A stretch of 64,000 nt of DNA from positions 87,720 to 151,719 of IMG/VR virus record IMGVR_UViG_3300045988_166613. One strand, written 5' to 3'. The notes under the pieces were generated by a model. That model searched no databases. It was not told where the DNA came from and was given only the letters and a program-made list of their open reading frames with translations. Positions 1 through 8,611 of this stretch are shown piece by piece. A program made the position numbers and the translations under genes. Every line of letters starts with the position of its first letter. Position 1 is the stretch's first letter. Origin of the DNA: a virus.

Positions 1-1193
1 GTTGCAAAGCTGTATTAAATTGTTTTAAAACTAATGTTAAATATAAGGTATTATTAACAGGTACAAGCGTTAGAAATTCAATAAATGAAATATATACACA
101 GATTGAATTATTATATAACAACAGTTTAAATATGCTTTGTGAAAATGAATATATATATGCTGAAGACAAGGAACAGAAAAAAATTAAAAAAGAAGTAAAT
201 GAGTATTATAATAAACAATATCCACCTTATAAACAAGGGTATGAATTGTTTACAAAATCTCATATTCCTAAAAAAGTAAGTACATTTGGTGTAGCAAAAT
301 TTGAGCAGCATGTATATAACAAAGATAGTTTGAAAAAAATAATAGATAAAACAATTATAACAAGAACTTTAGAAGATGTTATAGGAAAAAAACTATATAA
401 CATCCATCAAGTTACATGTGATTTTACAGAATCAGAAAAGAATTTATATAATCAAATACTAAATGATTTTTATAAAATGAGTGCTGAGTATCATATACAT
501 ACTGGAAATAGTAGAAAGGATGCTATGTTTAAGATATTAGCACAGTTAAATACTTTGTTAAAATCATGTAGTACACCACATAAATTTAAAGAGTATGAAG
601 GTAAAAATATAAGTAGTAAAATATTAAAAGTATGTGATATGGTAGAAAAATTTAAAAATGAAAGAGTTGCTATAGGTTGCACCAGGATAAAAACTGTAAA
701 TGTATATGCACATATATTAGCAGAAAAATTCCCAAATAGAAAAATATTTGTTATTACAGGGCAAGATACAACTTTAAAGCAAAGAAAAGAAATGGTTGAG
801 GAAATGAAAAAATACAATGATTGTATAATATTATCTACTCAACAAGCTTTATCATGCAGTATGAATATAGGATTTGTTAATAAAGTCATTATTCCAGAAA
901 TGCAATGGAATGAATCAGGTTGTAGCCAATATAAAGCTAGATTTTCAAGAATGAATTCAGAAAAAATAACAGAAATATATAATGTATTTTACAAAAATAG
1001 TATTGAGGTTAATTTATTAAAACTTAATATGGCAAAAGATAAATTATGTTCATTAATGAAAAATGAAGATTTAATGGATGAAGAAATATACGAAAAATTT
1101 AATATTGATCCAATAGTATTAGAAGGATTAATGGTTAAAGAAGAAACAGAAAATGGAATCAATATTACATGGGGTAATCAAAAAATTAGTTAA
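1..1193 (+). CDS. SNF2-family helicase/ATPase, C-terminal part (5' end lies upstream of window)
   Basis: Frame open from nt 3. 'VLLTGTSVRNSINEIYTQIELL' matches SNF2 motif III (LLLTGTPxQN). Helicase-C lobe motifs 'IILSTQQALSCSMNIG' and 'QYKARFSRMNS' follow. Confidence 0.75.
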   Translation, partial: CKAVLNCFKTNVKYKVLLTGTSVRNSINEIYTQIELLYNNSLNMLCENEYIYAEDKEQKKIKKEVNEYYNKQYPPYKQGYELFTKSHIPKKVSTFGVAKFEQHVYNKDSLKKIIDKTIITRTLEDVIGKKLYNIHQVTCDFTESEKNLYNQILNDFYKMSAEYHIHTGNSRKDAMFKILAQLNTLLKSCSTPHKFKEYEGKNISSKILKVCDMVEKFKNERVAIGCTRIKTVNVYAHILAEKFPNRKIFVITGQDTTLKQRKEMVEEMKKYNDCIILSTQQALSCSMNIGFVNKVIIPEMQWNESGCSQYKARFSRMNSEKITEIYNVFYKNSIEVNLLKLNMAKDKLCSLMKNEDLMDEEIYEKFNIDPIVLEGLMVKEETENGINITWGNQKIS

Positions 1194-1330
1194 AATATTT
1201 CTTTTAAGGAAAAATTAAATAAGAATAAAATAACAATAAAAATATATACCATAAAATGTTAAACATAAATATTTTGTGGAAAAAAAGCGAATATTTTTTA
1301 AATTTAACAATGGTTTTAACAAAAAGAAAA

Positions 1331-1339
1331 TGATATACT
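1331..1339 (+). promoter_or_regulatory. possible extended -10 promoter (TGATATACT)
   Basis: TGnTATACT lies 63 nt upstream of the 1402 ATG. No good -35. Confidence 0.3.
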
Positions 1340-1401
1340 TATTTTGTTCAATAGATGTTAATTAAATTCAAATTATTTTTAAAGGAAAGGTTAGGGAGAA
1401 G

Positions 1402-1647
1402 ATGGAAAAAATTAAAGAATTCATGGAGGAAAATTTATACGAGGAGGTAATTTATGAAAATGTAAGGGGAAACATTACAGTCGGTTGCGTAGAGGATTAT
1501 ACTATATATCCAAATGCAGTACGAGTTGTATTAGATACTTTAGAAATAACAGTGGACAATATTATTAAACATCTAACTTGTTTATTAGAGTTTGGGGAGC
1601 TATGTATAAATAGCAAAGAGGGGATACATAAGTTTTATATAATCTAA
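1402..1647 (+). CDS. hypothetical protein
   Basis: Open frame with SD GGGAGAAG just upstream. No recognisable motif. Confidence 0.5.
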   Translation: MEKIKEFMEENLYEEVIYENVRGNITVGCVEDYTIYPNAVRVVLDTLEITVDNIIKHLTCLLEFGELCINSKEGIHKFYII

Positions 1648-1659
1648 TTAATATATAAT

Positions 1660-1694
1660 AGATAGAACCTTATTATGGTGGTGAGGTTCTATCT
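1660..1694 (+). terminator. intergenic hairpin (possible terminator)
   Basis: Perfect 11-bp stem AGATAGAACCT/AGGTTCTATCT with a 13-nt loop. No clear U-tract. Confidence 0.4.
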
Positions 1695-1711
1695 TAAAAT
1701 AATAAATGTAA

Positions 1712-1740
1712 TTGATTTAAATTATATAAGATGATATAAT
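1712..1740 (+). promoter_or_regulatory. sigmaA-type promoter
   Basis: TTGATT-N17-TATAAT with TG at -15/-14 (TGATATAAT). Preceded by a degenerate copy of the AT-rich box. Confidence 0.6.
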
Positions 1741-1796
1741 AAAAACATATTAAACGACATAAAAGGACAAAATAAATAAAAAGGTAGGTGTTACAA

Positions 1797-3152
1797 ATGA
1801 ATAGTAAAGTTCAAAAATTTGAATCTGATGTATATAAATACATGGGATCTATAGATTTTAATGAAACAAAGAAAATTTATAGATCCGTAAAAAATGAATT
1901 AATAAAGAAAAAATTAGCCCCTTTTGTTTTTAATGAAGTAATGAACGAAGAAAACGGGTTAAATATAAGTGATTTGGAAACAAACGAACAAATAGCAATT
2001 GCAAAGGGGTTATATAATTATGGCTTAGAACAATTTAAACCAAGTAGCTATTTTAATACAAATGAACTAGGAGCATATGAAACTTATGTTAATCTTAAAG
2101 AAGATGATAGTATGGTTTTAGTTTTTGACAATGTAGATGAATATAGTGATGATTTTTATTGTTGTACTTACTGGCAACCTCACGAACAATATAGGGCTAG
2201 AAAAGAAAGGTTAGTAAGATATAATTTTGCTACTCAAAGAGAAGCAACTATAACAAGAACCAACTACGGGGCAATAAGAAAAGAAATAACATTGAATAGA
2301 CCAAACGTAGAAGGAATAAAAAAAATGATTAAAGAAGGAGATTATTTTCCTCCTGACGTATTAAGTTTGAATATTTTACTTTTAGAAGACAAAGTAGCAA
2401 ACGTAGAATATGATAAAAATAAAAGACAACTGAGAATAAGAATAAATTATGATATAGATGCAGTAGATTATACCGTGGTTGACTTTACTGACGGATGGCA
2501 TAGAGATACTGCTATCTATGAGTTATATAATGAAGGGTATGACGTAGAAAAAAGTTTCAAAGGCTTTCCCGTAAATATTTCTATTATTACACCAGAGCGA
2601 GCAGCAAAATTTGTTGGAAGACAAATGTTAGCAAATGTATCTAGTAAACAATATATAAAAGCTATACAAGATAATAATTATAATACTTTTATTAAGAAGG
2701 TTAATGCCAGTAAAGGTGTTCTACATGACCAAATAGCAAAAACAAGAAATGAATTTATAGAAATGGGAAAACTAACCCACTATGAAGTTTTTGAAAAAGG
2801 ATTAAGGTATGTAGAAAAAAATGAGAGAATAAAAATTGAAGGTAGAAATATAATGATTTTTGGTGTTGAAAACTATGTGAGAATTGTAAATACCATATTT
2901 GAGATATTAGAAGATAAAAAAGTAGATAGCAAAACAATGGAAATATTTAAAAGTGAAAATATTTGGCTAGGATATTTTGCAATATGGAGTTATTTACGAA
3001 AAAATAAATTAGATGACCTTGAAGAGTATGAATTAATTAAAAATGTGATTAATAACGCCATAATATTAAAAGATGAAATGAAAGAATTAAAAGTAAATTA
3101 TAAAAGCTTTATTATTAGTGATATTTATAATTTCTTTAGAGATTTAATATAA
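1797..3152 (+). CDS. DGQHR/DndB-like (ParB/Srx-fold) domain protein
   Basis: ATG at 1797 follows SD AAGGTAGGTG (the track start at 1788 is GTG). 'VVDFTDGWHRDTAI' resembles the DGQHR motif of DndB/ParB-nuclease-like proteins. Confidence 0.5.
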   Translation: MNSKVQKFESDVYKYMGSIDFNETKKIYRSVKNELIKKKLAPFVFNEVMNEENGLNISDLETNEQIAIAKGLYNYGLEQFKPSSYFNTNELGAYETYVNLKEDDSMVLVFDNVDEYSDDFYCCTYWQPHEQYRARKERLVRYNFATQREATITRTNYGAIRKEITLNRPNVEGIKKMIKEGDYFPPDVLSLNILLLEDKVANVEYDKNKRQLRIRINYDIDAVDYTVVDFTDGWHRDTAIYELYNEGYDVEKSFKGFPVNISIITPERAAKFVGRQMLANVSSKQYIKAIQDNNYNTFIKKVNASKGVLHDQIAKTRNEFIEMGKLTHYEVFEKGLRYVEKNERIKIEGRNIMIFGVENYVRIVNTIFEILEDKKVDSKTMEIFKSENIWLGYFAIWSYLRKNKLDDLEEYELIKNVINNAIILKDEMKELKVNYKSFIISDIYNFFRDLI

Positions 3153-3172
3153 AATTCAAAGGAGGATTATTT

Positions 3173-4243
3173 ATGTTTTCTAATTATATTGTAGATTATA
3201 ATAGAGCATTAAAAGAAATAAATAATTTAGATACTTTTTCAAAAAATAAGATAAAATTCTTAGAAGAACAAGGGTACGCAGATACTACAAAACAAAATTA
3301 TTGGAGTATGTTTAATAATCATATACATGATCTTGAAGTTATGTACGATAAAGATTTGGCGATGTTTAATGAGATGGAAGCATTAAGCATAATAAAAACA
3401 AGGATGACAACAGATTTAAGTACAATAGCTTCATTAAAAAGCTTAATCAATGGCTATGAAGAATGGGCATTAGAAACGGGTTTAAATCCCACCTATAACC
3501 CTTGCATAAATTGGAACACAAGAGAAATAGCAATTATCAACGAGGAAAAAATAAGAAAAAACTATATTTCTTTAGATGATTTATTTGCTTTATGGGATAA
3601 AACAAAAGATAGGGCAGAAATTATTACGGTACATGAATTTGCAATTGTACTTTTAGCAAGGTTGGGGCTAAAAGGATCTAAGTATAAAGAATTAAGATAT
3701 CTTAAAATGCAAGATATAGATTTAGATAGTTACATTATCAATGTAACTGATAGAGACGAAAATAATTTAGAAGATATTAAAGTAGTTAAGAAAATTAATA
3801 TAGATAAAAGAATTTTAGATGTTTTAGTTCAAGCTGATAAGCAAGAATATATGCGTAAAAAAGCTTACCATAAAATATCTGAAGAAGAATTTATAGACAC
3901 AGAGTATATATTAAAATCTACAAAGGGTAAAGTAATAGATTTGATGGCTATAAGAAAAGGTATAATAGACTTTTTTACAGAAGTTGATAGGGAATATATA
4001 CCTGCCAAAGATTTATTTAGAAACGCAGAAATAGATACACTTATAAAAATAAAAAGAACTAAAAAATGGAACAAATTAGATATGAAAGATTTTATAGAAG
4101 TCATAGAAGAGTATGAATTAAAAAAATCCTACAATATAGCCTTAAAATTAAAAGATCTATATATAAAAATTACAAATGATGATGATATTATATATGGGAA
4201 ATATAACTACGATGAAAATGGAAATAGAATAATATTAGACTGA
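3173..4243 (+). CDS. hypothetical protein, weak tyrosine-recombinase-like features (probably not catalytic)
   Basis: SD AAGGAGG upstream. 'VLLARLGLKGSKYKELRYLKMQDIDLD' resembles integrase box I, but with K in place of the catalytic R. No clear HxxR or Tyr box. Confidence 0.35.
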   Translation: MFSNYIVDYNRALKEINNLDTFSKNKIKFLEEQGYADTTKQNYWSMFNNHIHDLEVMYDKDLAMFNEMEALSIIKTRMTTDLSTIASLKSLINGYEEWALETGLNPTYNPCINWNTREIAIINEEKIRKNYISLDDLFALWDKTKDRAEIITVHEFAIVLLARLGLKGSKYKELRYLKMQDIDLDSYIINVTDRDENNLEDIKVVKKINIDKRILDVLVQADKQEYMRKKAYHKISEEEFIDTEYILKSTKGKVIDLMAIRKGIIDFFTEVDREYIPAKDLFRNAEIDTLIKIKRTKKWNKLDMKDFIEVIEEYELKKSYNIALKLKDLYIKITNDDDIIYGKYNYDENGNRIILD

Positions 4244-4273
4244 TGGGAAATAAAATTCCTATCAGTCTTTTTT
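4238..4273 (+). terminator. rho-independent terminator
   Basis: 12-bp stem GACTGATGGGAA/TTCCTATCAGTC (one G.U) with a 6-nt loop, followed by TTTTTT. The stop codon lies in the stem. Confidence 0.8.
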
Positions 4274-4284
4274 ATTATTAAATT

Positions 4285-4336
4285 GTTGAAATAAATTAAA
4301 TAATTACTTGATTTATAGTGATATTTGTGTTAATAT
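4285..4336 (+). promoter_or_regulatory. AT-rich box + sigmaA-type promoter
   Basis: GTTGAAATAAATTAAATAATT is followed by TTGATT-N17-TAATAT, with TGT just before the -10. Confidence 0.6.
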
Positions 4337-4358
4337 ATAATCAAAGGAGATGATAAAT

Positions 4359-4511
4359 ATGGAATTGATGAGAGATAAAACCAAAGAAAATATAATAGAT
4401 AGATTAACAACAGTTATAGCGATATTGGGAGTTGTTATAATATATTTGTTGGGAACAATAACCACATCACTTATAGGTGCTTATTTATTACATATAATTT
4501 ACGATAGATAA
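4359..4511 (+). CDS. small membrane peptide (50 aa)
   Basis: SD AAAGGAG lies 9 nt upstream. Hydrophobic segment 'VIAILGVVIIYLLGTITTSLIGAYLL'. Below the size cutoff of the ORF track. Confidence 0.45.
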   Translation: MELMRDKTKENIIDRLTTVIAILGVVIIYLLGTITTSLIGAYLLHIIYDR

Positions 4512-4513
4512 AA

Positions 4514-4565
4514 GTTAAAATAAATTAAAGAATTGATTGACAAATAATATTATCTATTGTATAAT
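4514..4565 (+). promoter_or_regulatory. AT-rich box + consensus sigmaA promoter
   Basis: GTTAAAATAAATTAAAGAATTGA is fused to TTGACA-N17-TATAAT. Confidence 0.75.
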
Positions 4566-4625
4566 AAAGACATAAGATAAAGAGATTAATACAACAAAGA
4601 ATAATATAAAAAGGAGCGATTTTAA

Positions 4626-5252
4626 ATGGAAACAATGATTAAAAATTGTCAAAGAGGAGATGTATTTTATGCTAATCTTGGAGAAAAACCAGAAGGAGTT
4701 CAAGATTGCGAACAATATGGGATGAGACCAGTTGTAATAATTCAAAATAATAAAGGAAACAGATATAGTCCTACTACAATAATTGCACCAATAACAACAA
4801 AGATAAACAAAAATAAGATTCCTACACACGTAAAACTAGACGGGGAATACATAGGTTTACCAAAAGAAAGTATGGCAATGTTAGAACAAATTAGAGTTTT
4901 AGATAAAAGAAAACTAAAAGAAAAAATAGGGGAAATAAGCCCAAAAGATAGAAAGAAAATAAATGTTGCAGCGGCATTATCTTTAAATCTATTATCTATA
5001 GAAGAAAAGAATTTAGAAATAATAGAAGAGAAAGTTAATGAAATTGAAAGAATAGATTCACACATAAGATATGCGATCAAAAATGGAGTAGATATAGAAA
5101 ATTTCTTTGAAGGTTTAATAGAAGAAAGAGAGGCTGTTATGGAGGATTTAGAAGCTTTTTGTAAAGCTAATGGATTAAATCATAATGATTTTTTGAAAGG
5201 GTGTAACAAAAGAAAAATAAGTAAAAAAAGCAACAAAATAGGGGTGTGTTAA
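4626..5252 (+). CDS. MazF/EndoA (PemK-family) endoribonuclease with ~85-aa C-terminal extension
   Basis: 'RGDVFYANL...RPVVIIQNNKGNRYSPTTIIAPITTKINKNKIPTHVKL...MLEQIRVLDKRKLKEKI' aligns along its length with B. subtilis EndoA/MazF. Residues after ~125 are extra. Confidence 0.9.
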   Translation: METMIKNCQRGDVFYANLGEKPEGVQDCEQYGMRPVVIIQNNKGNRYSPTTIIAPITTKINKNKIPTHVKLDGEYIGLPKESMAMLEQIRVLDKRKLKEKIGEISPKDRKKINVAAALSLNLLSIEEKNLEIIEEKVNEIERIDSHIRYAIKNGVDIENFFEGLIEEREAVMEDLEAFCKANGLNHNDFLKGCNKRKISKKSNKIGVC

Positions 5253-5255
5253 AAT

Positions 5256-5795
5256 ATGGCTATCGTTAAAATATTGGGGGACTATAAGAGTAAAAAAAAT
5301 AAGAATAATTTAGATAATTTTATAGTAAAAAAGCTTAGTTGTAATATAGATAAAGAGTTTAGTCAAGAGCTTTTTATGGAAAATTTTTTGATTGAAAAAA
5401 CAATAGCTAAAAATGAATCAAAAAGTGTTATTCAACAAAGGTTAAAAAATTTAGAAGATATAAAAAAGAAATATTTTATATCTAGTGATAGTTTAGAAAA
5501 TAAGATTACATTGTTAACCTGTTTTACCAAGTTATCTAATAAATATAATTCACAATTAATAGAATTTATTGAAGATAATTTAGTGGAAATATTAGAAAGG
5601 TATAAACTAAATTGGACAATAAGTATATTAAATCAAATCAAAAGATACGATGAAGAAATAGTTAAATATATAGTCTATCTAAAAGAATTAAAGTCAGAAA
5701 TGATCAAACTTGATTATGGAGGGACTATTCCCTCCTATAGAGATATTCAAGATAGTATCTCTATAGGAGGCGAGTACAACTTCCAAAAAGCATAA
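5256..5795 (+). CDS. hypothetical protein (co-transcribed with the MazF-like gene)
   Basis: Starts 4 nt after the mazF-like stop. No recognisable motif. Confidence 0.6.
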   Translation: MAIVKILGDYKSKKNKNNLDNFIVKKLSCNIDKEFSQELFMENFLIEKTIAKNESKSVIQQRLKNLEDIKKKYFISSDSLENKITLLTCFTKLSNKYNSQLIEFIEDNLVEILERYKLNWTISILNQIKRYDEEIVKYIVYLKELKSEMIKLDYGGTIPSYRDIQDSISIGGEYNFQKA

Positions 5796-5859
5796 TTTAC
5801 AGTACATAATTAAAAATAAAATAGAAACGTAGTAAAATACGGATTATAAGTAGTCTATA

Positions 5860-5891
5860 ATCTTCCTACTTTAGAAAAGAAGATGTTTTTT
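5860..5891 (+). terminator. weak terminator-like hairpin
   Basis: ATCTTC/GAAGAT stem with a 13-nt loop, followed by GTTTTTT. Confidence 0.35.
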
Positions 5892-5955
5892 ATAAATGGG
5901 AAATTTTAACCAGAATTAAATACATAATATTATACATATAAGAAGGTGAGATAGG

Positions 5956-7686
5956 ATGCCAAGAAAGAAAACACATGAAGAGTTTGTTAAAGAGATTAAA
6001 GATAAATATGGGAATGAGTATGAGATATTAGGCAAGTATGTTAATGCGAAAAATAAAATTAAAGTTAGACACAACTGTAATAAATGTAGTAATTACGAGT
6101 GGGAAGTTACGCCTGATAGTTTATTAAGAGGAACTAGATGTCCTATATGCAATGGTGGAGTTAAAAAGACACATAAAGAGTTTATTGAGAGAATTAGAAA
6201 AAAATATAATGGAGAATACGAGATTTTAGGAAAATATATAAATGCAAAAACTAAAATATTGGTAAGACATAATTGTGATAAATGTGATTTTCACAAATGG
6301 AATATTACGCCAAGTAATTTATTGAGAGGATATGGTTGCCCAAAGTGTGCGGGGAATATTAAAAAAACTACAGAAGAATTTAAACAAGAAGTTTATGATA
6401 AATATAAAGATGAATACATTGTTTTAGGAGAATATAAAAATACCAATTCTAAGATATTGATTGAACATAATTGTAAAGAATGTCATTATCATCAATGGGA
6501 AATAACCCCTAGCAAACTATTATGCGGTAGAGGTTGTCCTGTATGTGGAGGTACTAAGAAGAAGACGCATGAGGAATTTATTCAAGAAATTAAAGATAAA
6601 TATGGTAATGATTATGAGGTTTTGGGAGAATATGTAAGCAATGATAAAAAAGTATTAATAAGACATAATTCCGATAAGTGTAATTATCATGAGTGGAAAA
6701 CATTACCTAATAATTTGTTAAAAGGACATGGTTGCCCAGTTTGTGGTGGTAGAGAAGCCAAATTAGGTATTAACACTATATGGGATACCGACAGATGGAT
6801 GTGTAATTTAGGTGTTTCTGAGGAAGATGCAAAGAAATATAGCAGAGGCAGTAGTAGAAAAATCACTGTAACATGTCCCGATTGTGGGAGAAAAAAGAAA
6901 ATCGAACCTCATGCTATATTACAACATAAAACCATATTTTGTTCATGTGGTGATGGAAAGAGTTACCCTGAGAAATTTATTATGAATTTCTTAGAACAAT
7001 TAGGTTTAGAGTTTGAAACAGAGTATAAACCACAATGGATCGATAACAAAAGATACGATTTTCATATTAAAGATAATAGTTGTATTATTGAAACTCATGG
7101 CGAACAGCATTATAAACAAACATCAAGAAGAGGGGAGAGATCAAGAACACTTGAAGAAGAACAAGAAAACGATAAGTACAAGAGAGAAATGGCATTAAAG
7201 AATGGAATTAAGTATTACGTTGAATTAGACTGTAGAGAATCTAATATGGAGTGGATAAAAAAATCAATAATCAACTCTGAATTAAATAAGTTATTTGATT
7301 TATCAAATATAGATTGGACAAGCTGTGAAGAGTTTGCTAATAAAAATATAGTTAAGGAAGTATGTGATTATTGGAATCATAAAAGAGAAGATGAGACAAC
7401 AAGCGATTTAATGAGAAGATTTGTTTTGGCGAGAATAACGATAATAAGGTATCTTAAAAAAGGAACAGAGCTTGGTTGGTGTGAATATAATCCTAAAGAA
7501 CATTATAAGAAAGTAGAAGTATTTAAAGATAATAAAAGCTTAGGAATATTCTCATCTTGTGCCGAACTCGAAAGACAAAGTGAGAAGTTATTTGGGATAA
7601 AATTATTAAATCAAAGTATTTCAGATGTTTGTAATAGCAAAAAATCTCAATATAAAGGATTTACTTTTAAATATATAATAAATTAG
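5956..7686 (+). CDS. free-standing homing-endonuclease-like protein: 4 tandem zinc-ribbon modules + PD-(D/E)XK (Vsr/DUF559-like) core
   Basis: Four ~66-aa repeats 'KKTHEEF..KYG.EYE.LG.Y...K...RHNC.KC...W...P..LL.G.GCP.C.G' span nt 5965-6756. An extra CxxC..CxC follows, then 'YDFHIKDNSCIIETHGEQHY' (D...E.HG.QH nuclease motif). C-terminal 'YKGFTFKY'. Confidence 0.6.
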   Translation: MPRKKTHEEFVKEIKDKYGNEYEILGKYVNAKNKIKVRHNCNKCSNYEWEVTPDSLLRGTRCPICNGGVKKTHKEFIERIRKKYNGEYEILGKYINAKTKILVRHNCDKCDFHKWNITPSNLLRGYGCPKCAGNIKKTTEEFKQEVYDKYKDEYIVLGEYKNTNSKILIEHNCKECHYHQWEITPSKLLCGRGCPVCGGTKKKTHEEFIQEIKDKYGNDYEVLGEYVSNDKKVLIRHNSDKCNYHEWKTLPNNLLKGHGCPVCGGREAKLGINTIWDTDRWMCNLGVSEEDAKKYSRGSSRKITVTCPDCGRKKKIEPHAILQHKTIFCSCGDGKSYPEKFIMNFLEQLGLEFETEYKPQWIDNKRYDFHIKDNSCIIETHGEQHYKQTSRRGERSRTLEEEQENDKYKREMALKNGIKYYVELDCRESNMEWIKKSIINSELNKLFDLSNIDWTSCEEFANKNIVKEVCDYWNHKREDETTSDLMRRFVLARITIIRYLKKGTELGWCEYNPKEHYKKVEVFKDNKSLGIFSSCAELERQSEKLFGIKLLNQSISDVCNSKKSQYKGFTFKYIIN

Positions 7687-7695
7687 AATTTTTAA

Positions 7696-7725
7696 TTGGA
7701 AATAAATGAGATGAAATGATAAAAT
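7696..7725 (+). promoter_or_regulatory. possible promoter
   Basis: TTGGAA-N18-TAAAAT with TG upstream (TGATAAAAT). Confidence 0.3.
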
Positions 7726-7766
7726 AGTAATTGAAATAATTATTTTTTTATATGGGAGGGTTCATT

Positions 7767-8210
7767 ATGTGTTATAAAGCTGCTTTAGAAAATGCTATGT
7801 GTCATGAGTTAAAAAAAGGTACTAATCCAACAGAAGATATGTATAAAAATGTGTTTGATAATAACAGATTAGCTTTTTGTTTTTATGCATACGAAGACGA
7901 ACTTGAAATATATTGTAAGGTACGCCATAGATTTGAATATTTTAGCGAGGATTATAATGAATATGGGGATTCAAATCTATCTTCAAATATGTCCAATGTA
8001 ATATTAACTTTTAAAGCTAATTCTAATGATAAAATTGTATTCGATGAAATATATGATCCAACATTTGAGGAAATAAAAGATTTTATAACAGAACTTAGCG
8101 TACTGTTTAAGGTTAGATATTTATTTCTTTCAATCGATAATACTGCTATCGGATATATAGAAAATGGAGAAGCCTTTGAATATAGAGCCAACAAATTAAA
8201 TATATCTTAA
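7767..8210 (+). CDS. hypothetical protein
   Basis: ATG at 7767 follows SD GGGAGGG. No recognisable motif. Confidence 0.6.
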   Translation: MCYKAALENAMCHELKKGTNPTEDMYKNVFDNNRLAFCFYAYEDELEIYCKVRHRFEYFSEDYNEYGDSNLSSNMSNVILTFKANSNDKIVFDEIYDPTFEEIKDFITELSVLFKVRYLFLSIDNTAIGYIENGEAFEYRANKLNIS

Positions 8211-8223
8211 AATTTAATATTTA

Positions 8224-8264
8224 CTTTAAAGAGGAAATGGATAGTTGTTCCTTCCTCTTTAAAG
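8224..8264 (+). terminator. intergenic hairpin (terminator or RNA-stability element)
   Basis: Perfect 13-bp stem CTTTAAAGAGGAA/TTCCTCTTTAAAG with a 15-nt loop. No U-tract. The next SD follows directly. Confidence 0.4.
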
Positions 8265-8279
8265 AATAGGGGGTGGATA

Positions 8280-8609
8280 ATGAATACAAGGCAGTTCGTT
8301 AATTTAGTGGAAAATAAACACATACAAGTAAAAATTAAATTAAAGGAATTAAGTTCTATATATGAAGCATTTGGAGTAGAAGTTAGAGAATATAATGGTG
8401 AAGAAAAAGAAATTTGGTGCGAGATAGAATCAATAAATAGTTTTAGCTCATTATCATATAAAGTATTTTGTAAACCTATAGAGAATAAATATAAAGGAAA
8501 AGAGTTTTATACAATAGATTTATTAAGATTAATAGATAGTGAGATCATAAAGATAAGAGCTTTATATGATGAAGAATATAATGATAAAATAATAAGGAAG
8601 GAATATTGA
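8280..8609 (+). CDS. hypothetical protein
   Basis: SD GGGGGTGG upstream. No recognisable motif. Confidence 0.6.
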   Translation: MNTRQFVNLVENKHIQVKIKLKELSSIYEAFGVEVREYNGEEKEIWCEIESINSFSSLSYKVFCKPIENKYKGKEFYTIDLLRLIDSEIIKIRALYDEEYNDKIIRKEY

Positions 8610-8611
8610 TT

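Noticed and set aside
3173-4243. Calling this ORF a functional integrase and the region a prophage attachment module.
   Set aside because: Only a box-I-like stretch is visible, and its catalytic Arg is Lys. I cannot find the H-x-x-R / Tyr box, an att-like repeat or a tRNA target. The integrase call is unsupported.
7013-7198. Internal or overlapping + strand ORFs 7013..7198 and 15778..15981, and the upstream extensions of 10692, 12799, 36547, 36788, 50344 and 54095.
   Set aside because: They are out of frame inside better-supported genes, or they begin inside the preceding gene. In each case an in-frame ATG or GTG with a proper SD exists just after the upstream stop.
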